Shown: piece after piece, positions 8,319 to 16,257 of the stretch
How positions within the stretch are numbered: the first letter of the stretch is position 1
Layout of the letters: the number at the start of each line of letters is the position of its first letter
Assembly (NCBI GenBank): GCA_049515535.1
Contig: JBEKTZ010000006.1
Location: 186,001 to 212,704 of the forward strand
Reading direction: 5' to 3'
Origin: Candidatus Aminicenantales bacterium
GTDB taxonomy: Bacteria > Acidobacteriota > Aminicenantia > Aminicenantales > UBA4085
Length of the DNA stretch: 26,704 nt
Position numbers and translations under genes: made by a program
Notes under the pieces: generated by a model
Databases searched by the model: none
Told to the model about the DNA's origin: nothing
The model's input: the letters and a program-made list of their open reading frames with translations, nothing else

Positions 8319-9695
8319 TCATTCCCGCGGTAGGCCGTATTTGGCGAGTTTGTTGTAGAGCGTCGTTCGCGATATATTCAAGATCTTGGCCGACTTTTTC
8401 AGGTTGTAGTCCGTCGTCTTCAAGACGTAAGCGATATATTCTTTTTCGACTTCGTCAAGCGTCGCCGGCCCGTCACCGCCGAAGAAAGGGATTCCGGCCC
8501 GCCCCGTCGCGGCAGCCTTGAAGTTCTTCGGCAGGTCGTCGACGTCGATGAAGTCTTTCTTTGTGACCATGGCCGCGCTCTGCAGGACGTTCTCCAGTTG
8601 GCGGACGTTTCCCGGCCAGCTGTGTTTGAGAAAAACCTTTTGCACGTCGAGCGAAACGCCTTTGATATTTTTATCGTAAGCACGGTTGATCCGTTCGAGA
8701 AAATGGCGGATGAGGAGGGGGATGTCATCTCTCCGCTCGCGCAGAGGAGGGATGTGGATCTCGACCCGGTTGAGGCGGTGGAAGAGGTCGTCGCGGAACG
8801 TCTTGGACTTGATGCAGGCGGTGAGGTCGCGGTTCGTGGCCGCGATCACGCGGACATCGACGTGTTTGACTTCGTTCGAGCCCAGAGGCCGGAACTGCCG
8901 GTTTTCGATGACGCGCAGCAGCTTGGCCTGGACAGGAAGGGGAATTTCTCCTATCTCGTCGAGGAAAATCACGCCGTCGCGGGCTTCCTCGAACAGTCCC
9001 CTTTTTGTCCGATCGGCCCCCGTGAACGCTCCTCGGACATATCCGAACAGCTCGCTTTCGAAAAGCGTCTCGGGAATGGACGAACAATCGCAGACCACGA
9101 GCCGCCGGTTTTTCGTTTCGCAGAGAGCACGGATGGCCCTGGCCACCAGGTCTTTGCCCGTGCCGGTTTCTCCGGTGATGAGGACGCTGGTGAAGAATTT
9201 GGCGATGTTTTCAATCAAGCCGAAGATCTCGAACATGAATGGGTTTTTACTGACCAGTCCGTGAAAGACGTATTTTTTTTCGAGTTTTTTCTCGAGGATA
9301 AACGTCTCCCGCCGCAGGCCTCGCTTGTCCATGACTTTGCGGAGGGCCGCGCGGACCGTCCCGGGTTCGAGCGGCCGGGACAGAAAATCCGACGCTCCTT
9401 GATTGATCCAGTCGAGCAGTTCGTCCGGATGGCCGGGCGGTCCGACGACGATCACGCTCAGGAGTGGATCAAATTTTTTGATGCTCTCGAGCAAGGCTAG
9501 GCCCGCGGCCTGATCTCCCTCGCCATCGATGAGCGCGATGCGAATGTCATGGTCTTTGATGAAGGCAAGAGCGTCCTCGCCTGGACCGCAGAAATTCAGA
9601 CGGAATTCCGCGGCGATGGGGGAATCTTTAAGGAGATCGTAGAGAAAGGGCTCTTTGCCGATAATCAGAAGATGTTCGACGCGTTCATCCGGCAT
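8319..9695 (-). CDS. Sigma54-dependent activator (NtrC-like): degenerate REC, AAA+, Fis HTH
   Basis: 'ITGETGTGKDL', 'ESELFGYVRGAFTGA', 'FLDEIGE', 'RVIAATNRDL', 'WPGNVRQLEN', 'LNISRTTLYNKL'. Start 9695 chosen because a promoter overlaps the 9722 TTG. Confidence 0.93.
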   Translation of the reverse strand: MPDERVEHLLIIGKEPFLYDLLKDSPIAAEFRLNFCGPGEDALAFIKDHDIRIALIDGEGDQAAGLALLESIKKFDPLLSVIVVGPPGHPDELLDWINQGASDFLSRPLEPGTVRAALRKVMDKRGLRRETFILEKKLEKKYVFHGLVSKNPFMFEIFGLIENIAKFFTSVLITGETGTGKDLVARAIRALCETKNRRLVVCDCSSIPETLFESELFGYVRGAFTGADRTKRGLFEEARDGVIFLDEIGEIPLPVQAKLLRVIENRQFRPLGSNEVKHVDVRVIAATNRDLTACIKSKTFRDDLFHRLNRVEIHIPPLRERRDDIPLLIRHFLERINRAYDKNIKGVSLDVQKVFLKHSWPGNVRQLENVLQSAAMVTKKDFIDVDDLPKNFKAAATGRAGIPFFGGDGPATLDEVEKEYIAYVLKTTDYNLKKSAKILNISRTTLYNKLAKYGLPRE

Positions 9696-9712
9696 GGTGC
9701 TGTTTGTCGAAT

Positions 9713-9741
9713 ATCTTAACAATTTCGGCGGACGAGGTCAA
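9713..9741 (-). promoter_or_regulatory. Putative sigma70 promoter of the sigma54-activator gene
   Basis: Minus strand TTGACC (9741-9736), 17-nt spacer ending TGT, TAAGAT (9718-9713); extended -10. Confidence 0.55.
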
Positions 9742-9778
9742 ACCCCGGCCCTCCTGACCGTAGTCCAGTTTCCAATTC

Positions 9779-12700
9779 TTATTTCTTGATCGAACCGGGG
9801 CGGCCGCGCAGGAACTGGATGCGGACGCGATCCCCGATCTCCTCTTCTATGCGGACGGTTTCGAATTTGGCCTGGACCAGATATTTGAGATGAGCTCGAA
9901 GATACGTCAACCCCTGCGTCGAAAGGAAATCGAGCCAGGCGCCGCGCGCGGTTTCGTCCATGAGCTCGGGCGTCTCTTCGACGAACGTCGCCTGTGTCCG
10001 CTGCGAAAGCCGGTTCTCGGTGGGCGATCGCCGTTTGGCGTAGATATTCAACCCGTCATAAAGCTCGAGATAATCGAGATGGGGCTGCCAGCGGGTCGCC
10101 CAGCGATTGTAACGGTCGTAAAATTTCTTGTTCGACTCCTTGATCCGGGGATCGGACTGCATCTCGTTGATGATGAAGGATTTCAGCTCATCGCCCGCTT
10201 CTTTGTAGACTTGATATAACGGAAGGTTGAGATACCTGTAGTAGGTATACCAGCCTCTCGGGATCCAATAATCGCGGAAAAGAAAGGGCGAATAGTCGGA
10301 GAACTGTTGAACCCATTCGTGCGACGGGTAGCCGTGCAGGTTGAGATAGATATCCGGCAGCCATTTGGCGTAAAGATTCCGGCGGACAAGAGCCTCCGGC
10401 AGCAAGGGCCGAGCCGATCCGCTCAGGGAACCGACGTCGATGCCCAGCGCGCCGTAGCGGCCGGCATGGAGACTGTGAAAAGGCGTCAGTTTCTGCAAAT
10501 CGTAAGCCAAGGCGGCGCCGTCGGGATTCTCCATCGGCTGGAGAACAAAGTTGATCTTGTTGATGAAGTCCTGATACGTTTTGTCCGAGGCAAGGAGCTC
10601 GGCGAGCTTGAGAATGTAATTCGTCGAAGAGACCTCGTTCGCGTGTTGGCGGCCGCTCAAGTAAAGCGTCGGTTTCTGAGCGATCAATCGCGGGACGGAG
10701 ATGAATTTTCCGCGAGGCTTGGTGATCTCGATCACCGGAACGTTGCGTTTTTCGTAGGACCGGCCGCCCGAATAGGCATTGATCTGCGGGAACTGGCCCA
10801 GCCGGTTGACGATCTCCTGGACCATTTCGGGGGACAGGATGCTGCTCGTATCGACGATCGTTGCACCGGGCTTGATCGGCGGAAGCTGGATTTTCGCCGG
10901 CGGCTCGGGGGGCATGATGGGAACCGCTTCTTCCTTGTCCATGTCTTTGCAGACGATTTTGAGCTTGATCGAAGTCAGACCGGGATAACTCAATCCCGAG
11001 GGGACAAGGCCCTTTTCCGCGAGCTCCCGGTACGAGCCGAGGATATCCAGAAGCGCAAGGTAATCGGTCTCTTTCTCGAACTCGAGTTCCGCGACCAGGC
11101 TTTCGACGTGCTCCTCGAGGCCGTTGTAAATCAACGCCGGGACGGAAATCGCCTTGCTCTTCAGCGAAGGGAAGTCGGTTCTCCGGCTGAACTCCTCTTT
11201 TCCCTTTTCCTTCCATTTGATGACCATGTACGGCGACGCGGCCAACCAGTCCTCGAAGGTTACTTTGACCTTGGGAGCGTCTCCTTCCGAGGACGGATGG
11301 ATGACTGGAAAAATGTTTCCGGGGGCCGAAAAGCGCGATGTGTCCTCGGGAAGTTCCTGATCGTCCACGTCGAGATCGGTGATGCCGCGAAGGAAATCCA
11401 ACGTGTCGAAATAGATCTCGTCATGCAGCGCTTCGAGCGAGCTGATGATCTCTTCATCCAGCCCGAGCCGGTAATCGGGCTCGCTCGACCACAGTTCGAT
11501 CCTGAGCTGTTTAAAATAGGGTTGCTTGGAGAACTTGGGCTCATCGCCGGTTTTCCGCAGGATATAAGAATAGACGGGGGCCAGGACTTGATCCTGGTAA
11601 TATTCCCAGAATTTTTCGAGGTCGCCCTGAAGAACGCCGTCGTAAACGACCTGGCTGCCTTTTTCAATGCGGATCCAACCGGTCGTCAATTTCACGTTCC
11701 CCCATTCCGGAAGGCTCTTGAGATATGGGATTTCCTTGATCCGCGGCGAGAACTTTTGCTCGAAGAGGACCGCGTTTTTCGCGTCATAGGCGACGATGTC
11801 ATATATGGGGTCCCGGGCCGGGGCGAGCTCGAAATGGATCTTCTCGAGCGGCAGGGCGAGGTCCCGGGCCAGAAATTCGTCCACCGGATAGAGCTCCTGC
11901 AGCCAGCGCGAGGACTCCGCGTAAAATCGCTTTGGACGGCTGAAGTCTTCTTTTTCTTCGGCGAATTTGATGACGAGCTGGCTCACGGCTTTGCCCTTGA
12001 GGGCCGGAAGAACTTTTTCCAGGAGCCAGAAAAACCCTTGCTTATAGGACGAGAGCACCTCGACGTCGGCGTGGATCTTGAAGGTGTCGGCGAGGAGGGC
12101 CTCGATCTGTTTCTTGATTTTCTGGCGCACCTCCGGCGATTCGCTCAGCCCGAGGCTGATCCTGAACGAAGCCGGGGAATTTTCCAGGCCTTTCATTTTC
12201 TCCTGAATGAGACCGACGGCTTCCGCTCCCTCCCATGGGAACGCCTGTTCTTTTTCGAATATCTTCTTGCCGTCGGTGATGGTGAAGCCCTTGACGGTGA
12301 GCGCATCGGCCTTGATCGATGAAGCCAACGCTTTCTTGGCGTCCTCCTCGAATTTTGCGTTGTCCTGGGGAAGATAGAACTCGGCCGAGAACGACTCCAG
12401 GTTCTTGTCTTTGAATTCCTCTCCGATTTTCTTGAGATTCTGGGCGAAGAAGGCCTCGGCGCCGCCTTTCTCGCCTTTCAAGAACTTTTCGAGGTCGGGA
12501 ACGACGTCGCCGACCTGCGGCCGGCCGTCTTTATATTCATCGAAATAGGGAAAGGTCTGGCTGAAATAGGTCAGGATCTTTTCGAGCCCGAGACCGTCGG
12601 CGCCCGTCAAGACGAGGGCGCTCGATTTGTTGAACGCTTTTGGCACCACTTGGGCCAGACCCCAGGCATTCTCGAGCGGCAGAGGTTTCCATTTGCCGAT

Positions 12701-13906
12701 TCTCTGGAGTTCTTGGAGGAGCGCGTTTGGTCCGACGAGGACAGGAGCGATCAGCGCTTTTTTGTTTTCCACTTCCTTGTCCATATAGACGATGGGGAAA
12801 GAAGCTCCGGCCGTGTTAAGAACAAGCTTCGACGCGAACGGGGCGACCCCCTTGATGGCGCCGCTTTGGGGGATGATGATCTTGGATTCCATCGCGTCCG
12901 GGATCCCGTCGCGGTCCAAATCGCCGTAGATGCCTTTGGTCGAGAAGAGGCCGAGCAAGTCGAATTCCCGGCCCGCGCCGTCCGCCCGCGACGAATCCTT
13001 GAACGACGGGGTCAGCATCCTTTTGGGAGAACCCATGCGCGGCAGGACGGTCGGCAGGTTCCTTTTGCCGTAGCGGAGCCAGAACGACAATTGGGCGCAG
13101 CCCGGATAGGAAAGAATGTCCGTTTTCTGGCCGCGGCGGTGGAACTCGCGGAGGGCGCCGAAGGCCTTGTTCGCCCGGTTTTGATCGTCTTCGTCCGTGA
13201 CGTAAATGTCCACGGCCAGGTCCTTGATCTCGCCGGCGTTGAACGTCAGTTTTTTCAGGGAGCCGGCGCCTTTTTTCAAGGGCGGGAATTCGTAAAGGAC
13301 GGATTTGATGATCGTTCTCTGAAGGCTGACGCCTTCGCCGCCGAGGTACTGCGTGATGTCCTTTTCGAGCGTCGCGTAGGTCGAGCCTTCTTCACGGCCC
13401 CAGATATCCCAGAAATACGGCCAGCGGAGAAAAAAGGCCCGGCCCGCTTGAAGGAGCGCTTCTTCGGAGCCGGCCACGAGGATGATTCCTGTCTGGACCT
13501 TGGTCGCGAACACGGCGACGTAGCCCTGGTTGGGACCGAGCTCGGGCACGACGATGTCCTTGCTCTTGATCGCGTCCCGGAGCCATTTGACGTTCGTCCC
13601 GATCAGGATGGGATTTTCGACGCGCTCGATGCTGGCGATCTCGGACTCGCGTTTCACGAGAGAAAAATCCTGGGACAGGCTTTCGAGGTTGGCCCGGGCG
13701 GCGATATCGGCGGCCACGGCGAGCTCGACGGCGCTGGGATTGTCGGGAATCACGATGCAGAGCGAGATCTTGTCGGCCAGATTGTCGCCGTCCGTGTCCT
13801 TGATCCCTTTGCCAAGGAGAAAGAGGTGCGAAAGGCTTCCCATTTCGGCGAGAGCGCTGCCGAGCGCTACGAAAACGATGAATAAAAAGAAAACGACTTT
13901 TTTCAT
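9779..13906 (-). CDS. Large exported protein with C-terminal M14 zinc-carboxypeptidase-like domain and duplicated N-terminal module
   Basis: Signal peptide MKKVVFFLFIVFVALGSALA. Zn motifs 'RQHANE' (HxxE), 'PMENPDG', 'LNLHGY'. Two similar modules each carrying a DxDxD motif. Confidence 0.8.
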   Translation of the reverse strand: MKKVVFFLFIVFVALGSALAEMGSLSHLFLLGKGIKDTDGDNLADKISLCIVIPDNPSAVELAVAADIAARANLESLSQDFSLVKRESEIASIERVENPILIGTNVKWLRDAIKSKDIVVPELGPNQGYVAVFATKVQTGIILVAGSEEALLQAGRAFFLRWPYFWDIWGREEGSTYATLEKDITQYLGGEGVSLQRTIIKSVLYEFPPLKKGAGSLKKLTFNAGEIKDLAVDIYVTDEDDQNRANKAFGALREFHRRGQKTDILSYPGCAQLSFWLRYGKRNLPTVLPRMGSPKRMLTPSFKDSSRADGAGREFDLLGLFSTKGIYGDLDRDGIPDAMESKIIIPQSGAIKGVAPFASKLVLNTAGASFPIVYMDKEVENKKALIAPVLVGPNALLQELQRIGKWKPLPLENAWGLAQVVPKAFNKSSALVLTGADGLGLEKILTYFSQTFPYFDEYKDGRPQVGDVVPDLEKFLKGEKGGAEAFFAQNLKKIGEEFKDKNLESFSAEFYLPQDNAKFEEDAKKALASSIKADALTVKGFTITDGKKIFEKEQAFPWEGAEAVGLIQEKMKGLENSPASFRISLGLSESPEVRQKIKKQIEALLADTFKIHADVEVLSSYKQGFFWLLEKVLPALKGKAVSQLVIKFAEEKEDFSRPKRFYAESSRWLQELYPVDEFLARDLALPLEKIHFELAPARDPIYDIVAYDAKNAVLFEQKFSPRIKEIPYLKSLPEWGNVKLTTGWIRIEKGSQVVYDGVLQGDLEKFWEYYQDQVLAPVYSYILRKTGDEPKFSKQPYFKQLRIELWSSEPDYRLGLDEEIISSLEALHDEIYFDTLDFLRGITDLDVDDQELPEDTSRFSAPGNIFPVIHPSSEGDAPKVKVTFEDWLAASPYMVIKWKEKGKEEFSRRTDFPSLKSKAISVPALIYNGLEEHVESLVAELEFEKETDYLALLDILGSYRELAEKGLVPSGLSYPGLTSIKLKIVCKDMDKEEAVPIMPPEPPAKIQLPPIKPGATIVDTSSILSPEMVQEIVNRLGQFPQINAYSGGRSYEKRNVPVIEITKPRGKFISVPRLIAQKPTLYLSGRQHANEVSSTNYILKLAELLASDKTYQDFINKINFVLQPMENPDGAALAYDLQKLTPFHSLHAGRYGALGIDVGSLSGSARPLLPEALVRRNLYAKWLPDIYLNLHGYPSHEWVQQFSDYSPFLFRDYWIPRGWYTYYRYLNLPLYQVYKEAGDELKSFIINEMQSDPRIKESNKKFYDRYNRWATRWQPHLDYLELYDGLNIYAKRRSPTENRLSQRTQATFVEETPELMDETARGAWLDFLSTQGLTYLRAHLKYLVQAKFETVRIEEEIGDRVRIQFLRGRPGSIKK

Positions 13907-13940
13907 TGAAGATTCTCCGTAATGTCAAGCGATAAAGGGG

Positions 13941-13969
13941 ATTATAGAGGCCGGGGGGCTGGAAATCAA
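13941..13969 (-). promoter_or_regulatory. Putative sigma70 promoter of the M14 gene
   Basis: Minus strand TTGATT, 17 nt, TATAAT. GGAG RBS before ATG 13906. Confidence 0.6.
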
Positions 13970-13996
13970 TGTCCGCGAGGCTGTTGTCGTATTCGG

Positions 13997-14026
13997 TTGA
14001 CTTATCAGCTCCTTTGTTTTTATAGT
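13997..14026 (+). promoter_or_regulatory. Putative sigma70 promoter of mscL
   Basis: TTGACT, 18 nt, TATAGT. RBS AGGAGG before ATG 14062. Confidence 0.55.
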
Positions 14027-14061
14027 GAAGGCATTCCGAACGAACTTAGGAAGGAGGAGAG

Positions 14062-14505
14062 ATGTTCAAAGAGTTCAAGGAATTCGCGAGCAAAGGCAAT
14101 GTCATGGACCTGGCCGTCGGCGTCATCATCGGCGTGGCCTTCGGCAAGATCGTGTCCTCTTTCATCAACGACATCGTCATGCCGCCCATCGGCCGCCTGC
14201 TCGGCAAGGTCGATTTCTCCAACCTGTATATCAACTTGTCCGGGAAACCTTTCGGATCCCTGGCGGAAGCTAGAAGCGCCGGGGCCGCGACGCTGAATTA
14301 CGGCCTTTTCATCAACACGGTCATCGATTTTCTGATCATCGCCCTGGTCATATTCATGATGGTGAAATGGGTGAACAAGCTCCGCCGCAAACCCCTCGAA
14401 GCCCCGGCCGTCCCGACGACCAAGGAATGTCCATTCTGCTGTTCTCTCGTCCAGATCAGGGCCGTTCGCTGCCCGAATTGCACATCTGAACTCAAAGGTA
14501 AGTGA
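14062..14505 (+). CDS. mscL: Large-conductance mechanosensitive channel with C-terminal Cys-rich (Zn-ribbon-like) tail
   Basis: '[30 protein letters not shown]', '[15 protein letters not shown]'. Tail '[10 protein letters not shown]…RCPNCTSEL'. Confidence 0.96.
   Translation: MFKEFKEFASKGNVMDLAVGVIIGVAFGKIVSSFINDIVMPPIGRLLGKVDFSNLYINLSGKPFGSLAEARSAGAATLNYGLFINTVIDFLIIALVIFMMVKWVNKLRRKPLEAPAVPTTKECPFCCSLVQIRAVRCPNCTSELKGK
14327..14388 (+). repeat. 62-bp inverted repeat, copy 1 (inside mscL TM2 region)
   Basis: ATTTTCTGATCATCGCCCTGGTCATATTCATGATGGTGAAATGGGTGAACAAGCTCCGCCGC is the exact reverse complement of 16258-16319. Confidence 0.95.
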
Positions 14506-14516
14506 GAGATCGAAAC

Positions 14517-14544
14517 GGCAACAACGTGAGCTTGCCTTTTTTTT
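14517..14544 (+). terminator. Possible intrinsic terminator of mscL
   Basis: GGCAA, 10-nt loop, TTGCC, followed by T8. The stem is short. Confidence 0.45.
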
Positions 14545-14675
14545 CCACGATCGTGGCGCCGAGGGTAGCGCTGCCATAGCTGGTTATGCTGATATTGGCC
14601 GCTCCTTAAGACAGTCCCTCGGCGATCGCCCGGACTTAACTCGAAGACAGACCGCAGGACTTGAGGTGCCGGCGA

Positions 14676-15980
14676 TCAATTCTTCTTCCCATTCTTGGCG
14701 TAGGCGTTGATGTCGAGAAAGCCATGGCCCGATAAATTGAAGAGGATGACTTTTTCTTTTCCTTCTTTTTTCGCCTGAAGCGCTTCATCGATCGCGGCCG
14801 CGACGGCATGGGAGGACTCGGGCGCCGGAAGGATCCCTTCGGCCTTGAAAAACGTCAGACCCGCTTCAAAGATCTTGTCCTGCGAATAGGCCCTCGGTTC
14901 GATCATGCCAAGCGACGCCAGGTGACTGACCAGCGGCGCCATCCCATGGTAGCGGAGACCGCCGGCATGGATCGGCAGCGGCACGAAATCCTTCCCGAGC
15001 GTGTACATATAGAGCAGCGGCGTCAGACCCGCCGTGTCGCCATGGTCGTATTTCAATTCGCCTTTCGTGAGAGAGGCGCAAGCTTCAGGTTCGACCGCGA
15101 TAAACCGGATTTTTTGTCCTTCTTTCAAGTTTTTGCGGACGAAGGGAAAGGCGATCCCGCTGAAATTCGACCCGCCTCCGACGCAGCCGATGACGATGTC
15201 CGGATGGGCGCCCTGAGCCGCCATCTGCTTTTCAGCTTCTTGGCCGATGACGGTCTGGTGCATGAGAACGGCGTCAAGAACGGAACCGAGGGAATATTTC
15301 GTCGCCCGGCTTTTTAGGGCCAGCTCCAAGGCTTCGGAAATGGCGATGCCCAGGCTGCCGGGATGATCGGCATCCCGACCGTAGAACCGTGCTCCGAATT
15401 CCGTCTTCGGACTGGGGCTTTCCTCGACCGTGGCGCCGAACATCTCCATGAGGATACGGCGGCCGGGCTTCTGCCGGAAACTGACCCGAACCATGAAGAC
15501 TTTCACGTTGACTCCGAAAATCGCTCCGGCGTGGGCTAGGGCCGAGCCCCATTGGCCGGCTCCGGTCTCGGTCGTCAGGGTTTCAATGTCTTCTTGGGCG
15601 GCGAGGTAGGCTTGCATCAAGGCCGTGTTACTTTTATGGCTTCCCATGGGACCGACGCCTTCATATTTGTAGAAAACGTGGGCCGGAGTGTCCAGGGTTT
15701 TTCTCAAGCCCGAGGCATAGATCAGGGGAGTCGGTCTGTAAAGGGCGTATTGCTCAAGGACCTTTTCCGGAATCGGGACGAACCGTTCCAGGCTTCCTTC
15801 TTGAGCGATGAACCCTTTGGAAAAGACGGGCTCCAGATCCTGAGGCTGGAGCGGATGTTTCGTTCCCGGATGAAGCGGAGGCCTGGGAAGGGAAGCCAAG
15901 TCCGCCTTGATATTGTAAAAATGAGAGGGCAAAGCATTGGCGTCTCGCGCCGAAAAACGTTTTATCGAATTTGTATTCAT
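14676..15980 (-). CDS. trpB2: Tryptophan synthase beta chain type 2 (TrpB2, stand-alone)
   Basis: 'YRPTPL', 'YKYEGVGPMGSHKSNTA', 'TTETGAGQWGSAL', 'GSLGIAISEA', 'IHAGGLRYHG', 'PAPESSHA', 'NLSGHG'. RBS AAAGGAG before ATG 15980. No trpA adjacent. Confidence 0.93.
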   Translation of the reverse strand: MNTNSIKRFSARDANALPSHFYNIKADLASLPRPPLHPGTKHPLQPQDLEPVFSKGFIAQEGSLERFVPIPEKVLEQYALYRPTPLIYASGLRKTLDTPAHVFYKYEGVGPMGSHKSNTALMQAYLAAQEDIETLTTETGAGQWGSALAHAGAIFGVNVKVFMVRVSFRQKPGRRILMEMFGATVEESPSPKTEFGARFYGRDADHPGSLGIAISEALELALKSRATKYSLGSVLDAVLMHQTVIGQEAEKQMAAQGAHPDIVIGCVGGGSNFSGIAFPFVRKNLKEGQKIRFIAVEPEACASLTKGELKYDHGDTAGLTPLLYMYTLGKDFVPLPIHAGGLRYHGMAPLVSHLASLGMIEPRAYSQDKIFEAGLTFFKAEGILPAPESSHAVAAAIDEALQAKKEGKEKVILFNLSGHGFLDINAYAKNGKKN

Positions 15981-16025
15981 GGTGATCTCCTTTTGTGGCT
16001 CTTGAAAGGGCAAAACAATTTCTTA

Positions 16026-16048
16026 CCTCCAAGGACCGGCCTTAGAGG
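16026..16048 (-). terminator. Attenuator-like hairpin in the trpB2 leader
   Basis: Minus strand CCUCUAAGG-ccggu-CCUUGGAGG (9 bp, one G-U), followed by UAAGAAAUUGUUUU (imperfect U-tract). Confidence 0.45.
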
Positions 16049-16072
16049 GAATAGGGGAGTCGGGGGACGGGG

Positions 16073-16162
16073 TTATCGGGCGGCGGTACCCGCCCACCAG
16101 AACCAGGAGGAAACGACACGGGAAGCGCCGCTCTTATTGATGAAGCTTCTCGTATCGTCCAT
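16073..16162 (-). CDS. Putative Trp leader (attenuator) peptide, 29 aa: MDDTRSFINKSGASRVVSSWFWWAGTAAR
   Basis: Three Trp codons in four (16105-16094). Lies between a consensus promoter and trpB2; stop codon is 92 nt upstream of the trpB2 ATG. Confidence 0.8.
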   Translation of the reverse strand: MDDTRSFINKSGASRVVSSWFWWAGTAAR

Positions 16163-16172
16163 GATGCGCGGA

Positions 16173-16201
16173 ATGATAAGAAAAGATCGCGCGCGTGTCA
16201 A
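16173..16201 (-). promoter_or_regulatory. Sigma70 promoter of the leader peptide-trpB2 unit
   Basis: Minus strand TTGACA (16201-16196), 17 nt, TATCAT (16178-16173), with an A7 tract upstream. Leader ATG lies only 10 nt after the -10 box. Confidence 0.75.
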
Positions 16202-16257
16202 ATGTTTTTTTGCCCTCGGAGGGCGGTGCCCGGGCGAGAATTCTTTATTCTCGGGGG

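Noticed and set aside
10307..12322. 671-aa + strand ORF (also 12650-13885)
   Set aside because: Antisense shadow of the M14 gene; no recognisable motifs. Expected from GC-rich codon bias.
13923..13928. Perfect TTGACA on the minus strand near the M14 start
   Set aside because: The matching -10 would fall inside the CDS. TTGATT-17-TATAAT further upstream is a better promoter.
14510..14670. Protein-like minus-strand frame (LKSCGLSSS*VRAIAEGLS*GAANISITSYGSATLGATIVEKKGKLTL) and a CGCCGAGGG/CCCTCGGCG inverted repeat between mscL and trpB2
   Set aside because: Two stops, no start and no family I can recognise. Cannot be supported as a pseudogene or ncRNA without a search.
15981..16200. T-box riboswitch or TRAP site upstream of trpB2
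   Set aside because: No T-box consensus and no (G/U)AG repeat array. The leader-peptide model explains the region.
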